Under the pieces are notes generated by a model, which did not search any database, had not been told where the DNA came from, and saw only the letters and a list, made by a program, of their open reading frames with translations. From IMG/VR virus record IMGVR_UViG_3300013901_000007, positions 32,001 through 96,000 of that record: a stretch of DNA of 64,000 nt. One strand, 5' to 3'. Origin of the DNA: a virus (lineage: Duplodnaviria; Caudoviricetes). Shown here in pieces: positions 21,201-30,685 of the stretch (position 1 is its first letter; the number at the start of each line of letters is the position of its first letter). Both the position numbers and the translations under genes were made by a program.

Positions 21201-21828
21201 TCAACAATGATACATAATTAATTAACGAATCTTGAGTTATAGTACCTGTTTTAGAATCAATTATACTTACAGGAGTTTTAGTTCCATTTTTATTTACGTT
21301 ATTTAATTTTACTTTATTTTTAGCGGCTTCTATTAATGCATGAAAACCAGTACCAACATCTCCACTTCCTATTTTTTGAGGACCAGTATAAGGAAAGAAA
21401 CGCTCTGATATTTTTGAAGCAGAAGTAGTATGATCAACAATTTTTTTTAAAGTTGAAGACTCTTGAGAAGACAATCCTTGAACTATATAATCATGTCTAT
21501 GTTCTAATCTTCGTGTGGTAGTATTAAAACTTAATCCAGTGTCTAATTTAGTAGGAATAAAGGCGATATCACCTTCTTTCAAAGCGTATTCTCCAGAAAG
21601 TACTTTTTTATAATCTACGGTATTAAAATTTTTAATACCTTTAATTGGAGAAGTTTTATTAGATATGGGGGTAGTTGCTATTTTATTATTAACTTTTTGA
21701 ACTTCTTTAATAGTATTTTTTATTTCCTTGTTTAAAGTATTTAAATCATTGTCAACATTTTCATAGCGTTCGTTAATTTTTTTAAACAAATCTTGAAAAG
21801 AATAAGGTATTTTATCATCATCTATCAT
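12226..21828 (-). CDS. tail tape measure protein, join(21828..17253,16898..12226), predicted 3082 aa
   Basis: TP901-type TMP core is split across two ORFs; removing the intron gives ...KATEYL-TSMLKGFKLEA... in frame. Confidence 0.9.
16899..17252 (-). ncRNA. group I intron (354 nt, no ORF, IA-like) in the tape measure gene
   Basis: P AUGCUGGAAA, Q AAUCAGCAGG, R CAACGACUAUC, S AAGAUAUAGUC; exon ends in U (AUACU pairs with GGUAU); intron ends in G; two extra hairpins after P7. Confidence 0.92.
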
Positions 21829-21844
21829 ACTTCACCCTCCTATT

Positions 21845-22183
21845 TTACTTTTTTTCTTTTAAATCTATTGATTTTTCTCTTTGCAATAATTTCCATGTCT
21901 TTATTATATTTATACTTAAAAGACATAATATACCACTAGTTAATAAAACTGCAGAGATCCATGAAATTAATTTCCACATTATCCATTGTCCAAATTCTCC
22001 TGGAAAATGAGTTGCCATAAAAGAAGCATCGGTTCCCAACATAATAAAAATATAATGAACATCATCCCAATCAGTAGGGTGTGCGCAAACAATACCATAA
22101 ATCACAACTTCAAAAATTCCAATTATAAAGAGTAGGATAAATAAAACCCAAAAAAATTCATATTTTTTTATTTTTCCTTGCAT
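21845..22183 (-). CDS. membrane protein, 2 predicted TM helices
   Basis: Two long hydrophobic stretches with basic termini; GGAGG RBS. Confidence 0.65.
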   Translation of the reverse strand: MQGKIKKYEFFWVLFILLFIIGIFEVVIYGIVCAHPTDWDDVHYIFIMLGTDASFMATHFPGEFGQWIMWKLISWISAVLLTSGILCLLSINIIKTWKLLQREKSIDLKEKK

Positions 22184-22245
22184 AACAAACCCTCCTGGGA
22201 TAATAATAAAAGGTCAATTTTATTTGTATAAATAAAACTGAGTTA

Positions 22246-22280
22246 TAAAAACAGGATTGTGGGGAGACCACAATCCTGTT
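22246..22280 (-). terminator. intrinsic terminator
   Basis: AACAGGATTGTGG-tctcc-CCACAATCCTGTT followed by a T-run. Confidence 0.8.
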
Positions 22281-22444
22281 AGATTAATTTAATCTAAATA
22301 TATTTAGATTAAATTATGATGTCTTTTTTCTAATATTTAGCCGAAAATGAGATGTGAACTCATATCTTAATGTTTTACTTAAACTATTTCGACAGATTGA
22401 TCCATTTGTTTTTAAAGAGGTTTATGGATTTCCCTCTTTCCCTT

Positions 22445-22687
22445 TTACATTCTATTAATAAAAATTTTTACACCATTATTATAACAATAAGTTTTGAAAT
22501 GACCATCATCCCATATTTTAATTAGTTGTAAATTATACTTTGCAACTAATTTATACATATATTCATTAGCAGCTACTCTTGAAGCAAAAATATGATCAAA
22601 TTTCTTTTTCATACCTATTGTAGTTAAAGTGTAAGAATGTGATGTAAATGTAAAAGGAGTAATAATTTCATTTGTAAAATCAAACAT
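22445..22687 (-). CDS. hypothetical protein
   Basis: ORF with AGGGGG RBS before MFDFTNE. Confidence 0.6.
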   Translation of the reverse strand: MFDFTNEIITPFTFTSHSYTLTTIGMKKKFDHIFASRVAANEYMYKLVAKYNLQLIKIWDDGHFKTYCYNNGVKIFINRM

Positions 22688-22766
22688 AAAATACCCCCTT
22701 AGAAATAAATAGTTTAATGTCATCTCGGACAGGGTATTCTATGCAATTTACTAAATCTAATAATAA

Positions 22767-23381
22767 TTAATCGTGATAATAAACAAGTTCAAATTTATTA
22801 CCTTTTGAATTATCATTTGCGTTTTCTAAAATTTCTTTCACAAATTTCCAACGTAAATAATATTCACGAACTTCTTCAATCTCTTCATCATATTGATTGA
22901 TAGATTGTTCAATTTCAGAAACTTGTTCTAAAAAAGAAGTAGCAACCTCAACATTATTAGCTTTTAATGCCATTTCTTCATAGTGTTGAGCATCTTTTTC
23001 TTCTTTTTTTCTCATTTTTTCCAAAACATCTAATTCATGTTTATAATAAGCAATAATTTCATCTAATAATTTTTCATCAAGTGGATGAAATCTAGAAATA
23101 AGTATCATCTTTTTTACAACTTTATTTCCTTCCTCATTATTATAAGTTATATCGTGAATACTCCAAGAATCATATTCAGTTAATAAACTTTTATCAAAAT
23201 TTTCTTCAAAAAAGTCAGAGTCTTGATAATCTTTCCAAGGGACATCTGGTCCATCACAATAAATAAAATCTAACACTCCTGTTAATTCTCTAGTTGGTGT
23301 TGTTCCTGTCCAAAAAATGGTTGGAGAGTCATTGACATTACCACCCTGTTTCTTCAACTTTATAGTCATATAACTTGACAT
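22767..23381 (-). CDS. hypothetical acidic coiled-coil protein
   Basis: AGGAGG RBS and own promoter. Confidence 0.65.
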   Translation of the reverse strand: MSSYMTIKLKKQGGNVNDSPTIFWTGTTPTRELTGVLDFIYCDGPDVPWKDYQDSDFFEENFDKSLLTEYDSWSIHDITYNNEEGNKVVKKMILISRFHPLDEKLLDEIIAYYKHELDVLEKMRKKEEKDAQHYEEMALKANNVEVATSFLEQVSEIEQSINQYDEEIEEVREYYLRWKFVKEILENANDNSKGNKFELVYYHD

Positions 23382-23411
23382 GAATACAGTCCTCCTTTTA
23401 TTTCCTTTATT

Positions 23412-23440
23412 ATTTTATATTATTGAAAATAATAACACAA
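23412..23440 (-). promoter_or_regulatory. sigmaA-type promoter TTGTGT-17-TAAAAT
   Basis: Near-consensus hexamers with 17-bp spacing. Confidence 0.45.
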
Positions 23441-23470
23441 GTTTTTTTGAAAAAATTTTATTAAAAATTT

Positions 23471-23671
23471 TTAATTATTTGATTCTTTTATTTTGTAATA
23501 TAATCCACAATGACACAAACCTTCAGTTTGTTGATCGCGAAATTCTTTACATATACACTTATTTTCAGGTATGTGTAATATTCTACAAGGACAATATCCC
23601 TCATTATTTTTTAATGCTTGTCTAATTTCTTTTACAACAACATTATTTTCGTTTAATTTTATTTTTAACAT
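23471..23671 (-). CDS. ferredoxin:thioredoxin reductase catalytic (beta) subunit-like protein
   Basis: GYCPCR...CICKEF...GLCHCGLY; the CPC/CxC/CHC signature. Confidence 0.85.
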   Translation of the reverse strand: MLKIKLNENNVVVKEIRQALKNNEGYCPCRILHIPENKCICKEFRDQQTEGLCHCGLYYKIKESNN

Positions 23672-23736
23672 ATATATTCCTTTAGTAATCTTTAAAAAGT
23701 CAAACTACATACAAATCTTTTAAGAGGATGAGTGTT

Positions 23737-23769
23737 GTTCAATCAACAGGTAAAACCTGTTGATTGAAC
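23737..23769. terminator. long hairpin downstream of phoH
   Basis: GTTCAATCAACAGGT-aaa-ACCTGTTGATTGAAC. Confidence 0.6.
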
Positions 23770-23811
23770 CGAAAAACCCTATTAGAGTTTTAATATTTAG
23801 AATTCAAAATA

Positions 23812-24606
23812 TTAAATTTCTTCACTCGTAAAAACACCCTCATTTGTTCCATCTCCCCATGTTGTAGTATAAGAACGAGGTGGAACAGGAGCATCAATTT
23901 CCCCTAATAAATTATCGATTTCTGCACACCATTGTGAACGCATACTTTTGGTTAATTCTACAATACCAACCCAAGGGGTTTGTACATCTTGAAACTTTTC
24001 AATAACACGTTGAAAATCACACTTATCTTTACGACGTTGTTCAGGTTCATCAATTTGATTCATAGAACCTAATAAAATAACTTTACAATAATCACTCATA
24101 CGAGTCATAACAGTTTTTAAAGACGCCAAGTTTAAATTTTGACACTCATCAACAATTAAAATTGTTCCAGGAGCAAAATTTCTTCCTCTTAAAAATCCCA
24201 ATGGTATTACTTCAATTTTTCTTGCTAAATCATTTTTGTTAACTTTATATTCTGAAATTGATTCAATACTTTCTAAAGTATCCATTAAAGGGGCAGTATA
24301 AGGACCAAATTTATCATCCATTCCTCCCTTTAAAAATCCAATAGACTTACCTACTTCAACAGGATTTCTAGTATAAATAATTTTATGATAATTACCAGAG
24401 CCTTTATTATTGCAGGATCTTTTACCACCATTTTTACTATCATATCCTTCATTTAATAAATGCAATGCTGTAGCGACACTAACAAAAGTTTTTCCTGTGC
24501 CTGCCATACCAAGACCTATAATAATAGGCTTATCATTTTCCATGATAATTCTTGCTAGTTCTTGTTGTTCCTTGTTGTTTTTTAAGCTGATTCCAAAAAT
24601 TGCCAA
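23812..24606 (-). CDS. phoH: PhoH-family ATPase
   Basis: GMAGTGKT, IGFLKG, FLRGRNF, IVDECQN, LLGSMNQID motifs. Confidence 0.92.
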   Translation of the reverse strand: MAIFGISLKNNKEQQELARIIMENDKPIIIGLGMAGTGKTFVSVATALHLLNEGYDSKNGGKRSCNNKGSGNYHKIIYTRNPVEVGKSIGFLKGGMDDKFGPYTAPLMDTLESIESISEYKVNKNDLARKIEVIPLGFLRGRNFAPGTILIVDECQNLNLASLKTVMTRMSDYCKVILLGSMNQIDEPEQRRKDKCDFQRVIEKFQDVQTPWVGIVELTKSMRSQWCAEIDNLLGEIDAPVPPRSYTTTWGDGTNEGVFTSEEI

Positions 24607-24664
24607 ACGAACGCCCTCCAGTCACCAAATACTTTTCAGCAGAGTTGGTGTTAATATATTTTAA

Positions 24665-24740
24665 TGGTGGATTTGACGAGACTTGAACTCGCAACCTCTT
24701 CCTTGCAAGGGAAGCACTCTCCCAATTGAGTTACAAACCC
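24665..24740 (-). tRNA. tRNA-Ala(UGC)
   Basis: 76-nt cloverleaf GGGTTTG...CTTCC-CTTGCAA-GGAAG...GTTCAA...CAAATCC-A-CCA; G3:U70 Ala identity pair; encoded CCA. Confidence 0.95.
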
Positions 24741-24779
24741 ATAAGATCTAGCAATTATTATGCTAGATTTGAAAGTTAA

Positions 24780-24941
24780 TTAAGATACAACATCATATGT
24801 AATTGATACATTAGTTTGTTCAATAAAATATAACGCATTAGGGTCATACGAATGACCATTAACGGATTGCCCATTTAAAAGTTGAGCCCATTGAGCTGCT
24901 GTAACCTTATATATTTTTGTTAAAGTTCCTTCTGTCACCAT
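24780..24941 (-). CDS. 53-aa fibre-motif protein (not in ORF track)
   Basis: MVTEGTLTKIYKVTAAQWAQLLNGQSVNGHSYDPNALYFIEQ...; AAAGGAGG RBS; resembles the N-termini of the collagen-like genes. Confidence 0.7.
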   Translation of the reverse strand: MVTEGTLTKIYKVTAAQWAQLLNGQSVNGHSYDPNALYFIEQTNVSITYDVVS

Positions 24942-24960
24942 GACTAGGCCTCCTTTATTA

Positions 24961-25557
24961 TTATTCTTTCCAGTATAACAATAATTGCATTAATAAATCA
25001 AGTTTTTTTTGATATTTAATATTTATTAATAATGGAAAATTAGTATAATTATATTTTAAAAATAACGCGTCTACACAATGATATAGTTCCTTGTAAAATT
25101 CTTTATGCTTTATATATTTTTCTCTAATAAGAGAAGATTTATGATAATAATCAGAAATTAAAAATGATTTATTTTTAATAACTAAATTAATAAATTGCTT
25201 TAACCATTGAAGATCTTGATAATAAATAATATTAGAATTATTAGAAGAATCACAATGTAGAAAATCTATTAAACCAGAACCATAGTAATAAGGACTAGAT
25301 AAAGGATTAATATAATATTTTTGATCGTGAAAAAATACTGAACAAACAATATTGTCAAATTCTATCTTTTGATAAATTTGATAATCAGGCAAAGTTTTAC
25401 AAACAACCACGATGTCATAATCCGACACCTCAGTATTAGTGTGATTTAAATAAGATCCGCCTAAATAAATTAATTTTATTGTAAAACCTAATTTTAACCA
25501 TTGTGGCAAAAATATATTTTTAATTTTACTATAGATAATTAAAATATTATTGTTCAC
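24961..25557 (-). CDS. Pol-beta-superfamily nucleotidyltransferase-like protein
   Basis: IYLGGSYL...VSDYDIVV (hG[GS]x..DhD motif). Confidence 0.7.
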   Translation of the reverse strand: MNNNILIIYSKIKNIFLPQWLKLGFTIKLIYLGGSYLNHTNTEVSDYDIVVVCKTLPDYQIYQKIEFDNIVCSVFFHDQKYYINPLSSPYYYGSGLIDFLHCDSSNNSNIIYYQDLQWLKQFINLVIKNKSFLISDYYHKSSLIREKYIKHKEFYKELYHCVDALFLKYNYTNFPLLINIKYQKKLDLLMQLLLYWKE

Positions 25558-26284
25558 AATTTTCTACCACCTTTAATAAATTTTCCTGCAAATACCTACT
25601 AATTTTTTCAATTTCTTTTTGTTTTACAATTAATTGATGACGTAAGTTTTGAAATAAACTCCAACATTTATGACTAAAATTATCATCTACATTACCATGA
25701 GAATTTTTAATTAAATAAATATCTTCATTATTAATTTCTAAAAATCCTTTTTCTTTAGCAACCCAAAAAACACAATATAACCCTTTATAAGGAATTTTAC
25801 CCGTACTTACTTGTAACCAAGGTTGCCACCAATTATCATTTTCTAAAACCGTTCTATATAATCCAACTAGAGAAATTAAATCTTTATATTCAAAATAAAA
25901 ATCTACTACTTTTTGATATTTTTGATTAATATATAATATATTTTCTTGTTTTAATCCATATAATTTAGCCCAAGAAGCAGAAAAACCAACACTAACAGAT
26001 TTTATCCATCCATCAATACTATGACAATACCAATGTAAATGTATTCCTCTAATATTAAAATGTTCAGTTTCGTAACCTACTATTCTAAAGATGTTTTGAG
26101 GTAATTTTATACTCAAAATTATATCACAATCACTTTCTTCATTCACATAAGGAGTTAAATGGCTACCACCTAAATAAATAAATAAAGGATCATATGTTTT
26201 TATCAAATTTTGAGTGCAAGGCAATTTCAACCACTCTTTAATAACATTAAAATCAAACTGGATCTTTTGCAATTGATTTTTCAT
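25547..26284 (-). CDS. Pol-beta-superfamily nucleotidyltransferase-like protein (paralogue)
   Basis: IYLGGSHL...ESDCDIIL. Confidence 0.7.
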   Translation of the reverse strand: MKNQLQKIQFDFNVIKEWLKLPCTQNLIKTYDPLFIYLGGSHLTPYVNEESDCDIILSIKLPQNIFRIVGYETEHFNIRGIHLHWYCHSIDGWIKSVSVGFSASWAKLYGLKQENILYINQKYQKVVDFYFEYKDLISLVGLYRTVLENDNWWQPWLQVSTGKIPYKGLYCVFWVAKEKGFLEINNEDIYLIKNSHGNVDDNFSHKCWSLFQNLRHQLIVKQKEIEKISRYLQENLLKVVENCEQ

Positions 26285-26969
26285 AATTCATTCTACCATT
26301 CCAATCTTCATAAAAACATTTACCATCACTAGCGAAAATAACGGGTTGGCAATAATGAGGTACAATATCATTAGAAATAGTTAAATTTGAAATACCTAAA
26401 TCTTTTGCACGTCCAATAAATTCAATAGGATGTCCAATCCACTTAATATTGTTAAATATTGGAGATTGTTTTAGTTCTATAAACATATCTTGATCTAAAG
26501 ATTGAGGCATACGATAACGAATAGAAGGTATATAACATAAAAACTTAGCGTTTTGATAGTTTTGTAATATATTTTCTAACTGTTTAATATGATTAGGTCT
26601 TTGCTTAATTAACCAATAATTAATAGAAATTTTCAAAATAATAGATTTTTGGTATTGTTCACTTAATTGATATAAAGAATCAATACAAGATGATAAAGTA
26701 AAACCATTGGTATCAATTATAACAGCATCAACCTTTAAATTTTTAAGACAGTATTCAACAGCTTGAATAAACTGAGGATAAAGAGTAGTTTCCCCTCCTC
26801 CTAGTTGAACTTCGAAATGTTTATCTTTAAAACTATTATCAATAATTGATGTAAAAATTTCCCACCTCATACTAATATCATTTAAAGGACTACTATACAT
26901 AAAACAAAAAGGGCATTTTAAATTACAACGATTTGTTAAATTAATATATATTTTAAAAGGAAATTTCAT
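26253..26969 (-). CDS. radical SAM protein
   Basis: LTNRCNLKCPFC (CxxxCxxC), GGGET, DTNG, GRA motifs; no SPASM domain. Confidence 0.9.
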   Translation of the reverse strand: MKFPFKIYINLTNRCNLKCPFCFMYSSPLNDISMRWEIFTSIIDNSFKDKHFEVQLGGGETTLYPQFIQAVEYCLKNLKVDAVIIDTNGFTLSSCIDSLYQLSEQYQKSIILKISINYWLIKQRPNHIKQLENILQNYQNAKFLCYIPSIRYRMPQSLDQDMFIELKQSPIFNNIKWIGHPIEFIGRAKDLGISNLTISNDIVPHYCQPVIFASDGKCFYEDWNGRMNYEKSIAKDPV

Positions 26970-26971
26970 AT

Positions 26972-27259
26972 TTAATCTCCTTCTTTCTTTAATAAAATAT
27001 CCGCAACAGGAATTTGTTCACCATAATAATAAATAACCCAATCACATAAATCCCCATAATTAGGCTCTGAGAGAGGGCGACTATCCTCGCCCCAGATTTG
27101 TTTATAAAAAGTTTTTTCTTTAATCTTTTCACCTGTTTTTGTATTTAACAAACAATGATTTGGATCAAACTCATGTGTAGTTCCTAAGGTACCTAGACAT
27201 TCGTTATGAATGTATAAAAAAGAATCTTCACCTACGGCAACTTTAATATATTCTTCCAT
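26972..27259 (-). CDS. hypothetical protein
   Basis: ORF with GGAG RBS, tightly packed in the operon. Confidence 0.65.
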   Translation of the reverse strand: MEEYIKVAVGEDSFLYIHNECLGTLGTTHEFDPNHCLLNTKTGEKIKEKTFYKQIWGEDSRPLSEPNYGDLCDWVIYYYGEQIPVADILLKKEGD

Positions 27260-27269
27260 AAACTATCTC

Positions 27270-28307
27270 CTATGTAACACTGGAACAAGTACTAGTAGTC
27301 CACCAATCCCAAACATCATCACTTGCTGAAATACCATTTTGAGCAGGAATATAATATCTAAAATAAAGTGTAGTTGAACAAGGTCCTGAAATAAATGCAG
27401 GAGTGTTACTACCCTTTTTAATAGAAATATCATTCTCTGTTCCTATGATATCATAAGAACCGTTTGATGCCACTCTAGCAACTTTACAATTAATTGATGT
27501 AGAAAAATTGGTTGTAAGATAGACTGTTATACCAGTTTGACCAATAGTATGAGAATTTTGAATAGGTTTAGCATATTTAGCAATTGGAGCTGTAAAAGGA
27601 ACCACAAGCACATCATCAGTAATATCTGATATGGAAGTATATGTACTAGAATTATTAGCAGCACATAAACACCCAGATGCGGCTGTTGATACAGTAGTTA
27701 TAGTAGTATTTGATTTAACAGTAATTTGTTGTTGGCTTGGAGAAGCATAAACTGTAGCCGAACTACCATTAGGTTTGGTATAGGTATATTTAATACTGGA
27801 AAATCCAGGTGTAAATGCAGGAATTTTAACCGTAACAGTTGGTGTTGAAATATATGCATTAACTTGACCTAAAGTTGCATTAGGACTCAATGAAGATAAA
27901 TTATCTCCTCCATTTTTAAAATAAGCATTTAAAATTTCAGCATGAATTCCACCAATAATAATTTCTTCACTTATATATGAATATTCATAACTACCACCAC
28001 CAGGTATAAAGAAACTGATACTTCGATAAAATGTTTCATCTCCCTCTGGAGTAATAGCAATCATGCCTTCGAATATAACATCTTCAACATTATTATTTTT
28101 AATTGTAAATTTATATGTTCCATATGAATAATCACTACTACCTGTAATACTAGCAGAAGTACACACTGGGGAACTTAATTGTATAATACTGTTTTGAGGA
28201 GAAATAACCCAATAAGTAGGATTTGTACGATTCCCTCCCCATGCAATTATAAAATTCCTATTATCTACAGAGGGTTTAGCGCCACCCCATATACGAAAAT
28301 GTCGCAT
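27270..28307 (-). CDS. Ser/Thr-rich beta-sandwich virion or fibre-associated protein
   Basis: Composition and position after the fibre and chaperone genes. Confidence 0.45.
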   Translation of the reverse strand: MRHFRIWGGAKPSVDNRNFIIAWGGNRTNPTYWVISPQNSIIQLSSPVCTSASITGSSDYSYGTYKFTIKNNNVEDVIFEGMIAITPEGDETFYRSISFFIPGGGSYEYSYISEEIIIGGIHAEILNAYFKNGGDNLSSLSPNATLGQVNAYISTPTVTVKIPAFTPGFSSIKYTYTKPNGSSATVYASPSQQQITVKSNTTITTVSTAASGCLCAANNSSTYTSISDITDDVLVVPFTAPIAKYAKPIQNSHTIGQTGITVYLTTNFSTSINCKVARVASNGSYDIIGTENDISIKKGSNTPAFISGPCSTTLYFRYYIPAQNGISASDDVWDWWTTSTCSSVT

Positions 28308-28338
28308 AAAACCCTCCTTTTATCTTTATAATTAACTT

Positions 28339-28752
28339 TTACAATGCCTCCTCATTATTAATTTTGATTCTGGCTTCTTTTCTTTTATTTAAAATATCTT
28401 GATATCTTGTTAATTCAACTTCATAATTTGTTGGATCAACTAATTTCAATTCATTAAGTTTTGTGATAACATAATCCGTTTCAGTTAAATACCTTTTTAA
28501 TTTTTTAATTTCATGAGCTTTCATCATGGCTTTATACTCTTCGCTATTCGTAACAACTTCATCTTCCACTTCAACTATTTCATTGTTAATATAAGCTTTT
28601 TTGTAGCCATAATTACAACTTGAAAGTTTTTCTTCCCATTCTTCAAAAGTAAGTTCAAGATAAGGTTTATTTTCTTCTTGTATCTCATCATAAAAAGGTC
28701 TTACTTCTATAGTACCATCTTCTTGATTATAATAAAATTTTCTTTTTTCCAT
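28339..28752 (-). CDS. putative tail fibre assembly chaperone
   Basis: LKRYLTETDYVITK...RKEARIKIN motif; directly downstream of a fibre gene. Confidence 0.65.
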   Translation of the reverse strand: MEKRKFYYNQEDGTIEVRPFYDEIQEENKPYLELTFEEWEEKLSSCNYGYKKAYINNEIVEVEDEVVTNSEEYKAMMKAHEIKKLKRYLTETDYVITKLNELKLVDPTNYEVELTRYQDILNKRKEARIKINNEEAL

Positions 28753-28761
28753 AATAATCTC

Positions 28762-30528
28762 CTATACCGTATATACTGCAATATAAGTTATGTATAATAT
28801 TTTATATGAAGTATTACCACATGCTACACTAAAATTAAAACCCGAAGAACTTACTTTTGTTAATTCTATAAAAACTTGTCTTGTATCTGTGGTATCATTA
28901 ATAGTTGCAGATATCACGACATTTGGAACACCACTAAATGAAGTAGCAAACGAAACCGCTTTATTAACTACTTCATTTTGATTAATTTGTGCAGTACCAT
29001 GGCGCACTTGCATTTTATAAGATGAAGTTCCATATCTTTCAAAATCACAAAAATTAGCAGATGAACCTGTTAATTTTGCAACTTGGGCGGGTGGTTCAAT
29101 ATCTAAATTACCACTTCCAAGAATATTCATACTATTGATAGTTTTAATGTTAGTGCCACTAACTAACTTGTCTTGACTAATAAGAGTTGCAGTTGTTCCA
29201 TTAAACTTATAAATTAAGCCGTTGGATAGAATATAACAATCCCTATCACCTTGAGCAAAAGCAACCATACTTCCACTTAATAAATTAGTTGTGGTATCAA
29301 TAAAACCTTCGCTATTAAAAGCTAATAAGCATTGATTATTATCAGTAAAATAAGTAGATAATATATCTAATAAAGAGTTTCCAGTTGCAGTTAATGTTCC
29401 TAAATTAAGCGTTTTCTCATATCCTTTAAGTCTATTAGTAATATCAGCTATAGTTTCATAATTAGCTAACTCTGTGTCTCGTGTAAACTTTATCCAGTTT
29501 GTCCAAGCTCCCGATGTAAAAGTTCTTGTGTATACTTGTCCTGCGCTATTATTTCCACCTGTTAAGTATTGCGTAAAATATCCACTAGCAACTCGCTTAA
29601 TAGTAAGTCCAAATGCGTCAATTCCAGATGGTTTATTGGTGACTTTGTTTCCACCACCCGCATAATAACTACCTTCAGTTTTAAGTGTATCTAAATCTTC
29701 GTTAGTTAAAGCTTTAGCAACAATAGGAGTAGCATTAATTGTATTGCCGTTTATTGTGATATTAGTTCCAGCAGTTAATTTATCTTGCTTTGAGTCTAAC
29801 AAAGTTGAACGAGGCATAGTTATTGCTTTTATTGTTAATGTAGTATCACTACAATCTAATACCCAAAAAACCATTGTTCCAGTCGTATTATCACTACTAT
29901 TATAACATACACCTTTATAGGTGATAGGATCTGTAGTATATACTGTAGGTGATAATAAAGGTATTTTTGTAACAATATTATTATTAACTTTCATTATTGC
30001 TACAGCAACAACAGGTTCTTGATTCTCACATGCTTGAAGAAATTTATTATATAAACTTTCAGATGAAAAAGCATAAGTAGATTCACCATAATCAGATTCA
30101 GAGACAGTAAACCAAGGTACTTCTATCTCCACGGGAATATATTTAACAGTGTCAGTAGAACTAATAGTAATATTACCATTGGCATCTGAAGTGACAGACG
30201 TAGCACCAGAACCAACAATTTTAAATTCTGCTCTTTTTGTATTATCATCATATATCTTTAAATAAGTATTTCCATTTGTTGTTGGTGCATTTGATTTTGT
30301 GTTTGCAGCACCTACATATGCTCCAGTGGTATAATGCGTGTCATTATTATCATCAGTTAAAAATTGTAATGCTCCAATTTTAGTTATTCCATCGCCAACT
30401 TTAATTCGTCTTAAATCCGAATAAATAATTAATTCACCTTTCTTGGGTATAAAATTAACCGCTTTATCCCAATTGGCTTTCGTGTCTGTTTTTTGTAAAA
30501 CACGCGTTGTTATTGTTTTTTCTGACAT
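28762..30528 (-). CDS. tail fibre / receptor-binding protein
   Basis: Mtd-N-like NFIPKKGELIIY...KVGDG; KQDKLTAGTNITI repeats; knob module; C-terminal FATSFSGVPNVVIS lectin-like domain. Confidence 0.85.
   Translation of the reverse strand: MSEKTITTRVLQKTDTKANWDKAVNFIPKKGELIIYSDLRRIKVGDGITKIGALQFLTDDNNDTHYTTGAYVGAANTKSNAPTTNGNTYLKIYDDNTKRAEFKIVGSGATSVTSDANGNITISSTDTVKYIPVEIEVPWFTVSESDYGESTYAFSSESLYNKFLQACENQEPVVAVAIMKVNNNIVTKIPLLSPTVYTTDPITYKGVCYNSSDNTTGTMVFWVLDCSDTTLTIKAITMPRSTLLDSKQDKLTAGTNITINGNTINATPIVAKALTNEDLDTLKTEGSYYAGGGNKVTNKPSGIDAFGLTIKRVASGYFTQYLTGGNNSAGQVYTRTFTSGAWTNWIKFTRDTELANYETIADITNRLKGYEKTLNLGTLTATGNSLLDILSTYFTDNNQCLLAFNSEGFIDTTTNLLSGSMVAFAQGDRDCYILSNGLIYKFNGTTATLISQDKLVSGTNIKTINSMNILGSGNLDIEPPAQVAKLTGSSANFCDFERYGTSSYKMQVRHGTAQINQNEVVNKAVSFATSFSGVPNVVISATINDTTDTRQVFIELTKVSSSGFNFSVACGNTSYKILYITYIAVYTV
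29623..29667. repeat. 45-bp exact direct repeat, copy 1 (copy 2 at 45577-45621)
   Basis: tccagatggtttattggtgactttgtttccaccacccgcataata is identical at both loci; encodes YYAGGGNKVTNKPSG. Confidence 0.9.
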
Positions 30529-30685
30529 ATTAACTCCTTTTTTCTATCATTTCAAGAAATATACAGTTTTTAAAAATCATCTTTCCAGATTTTTACCTTT
30601 ATTTTTTATATGGTTTAATAATTCGCCGAATCGAAAAAAGCATTTTAAATAATGCTTATTTCGATCCTCTTTTTTAATAATTTAT

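Noticed and set aside
22281-22444. Structured ncRNA in the intergenic gap
   Set aside because: Only an AT-rich palindrome next to a terminator; no recognisable RNA family.
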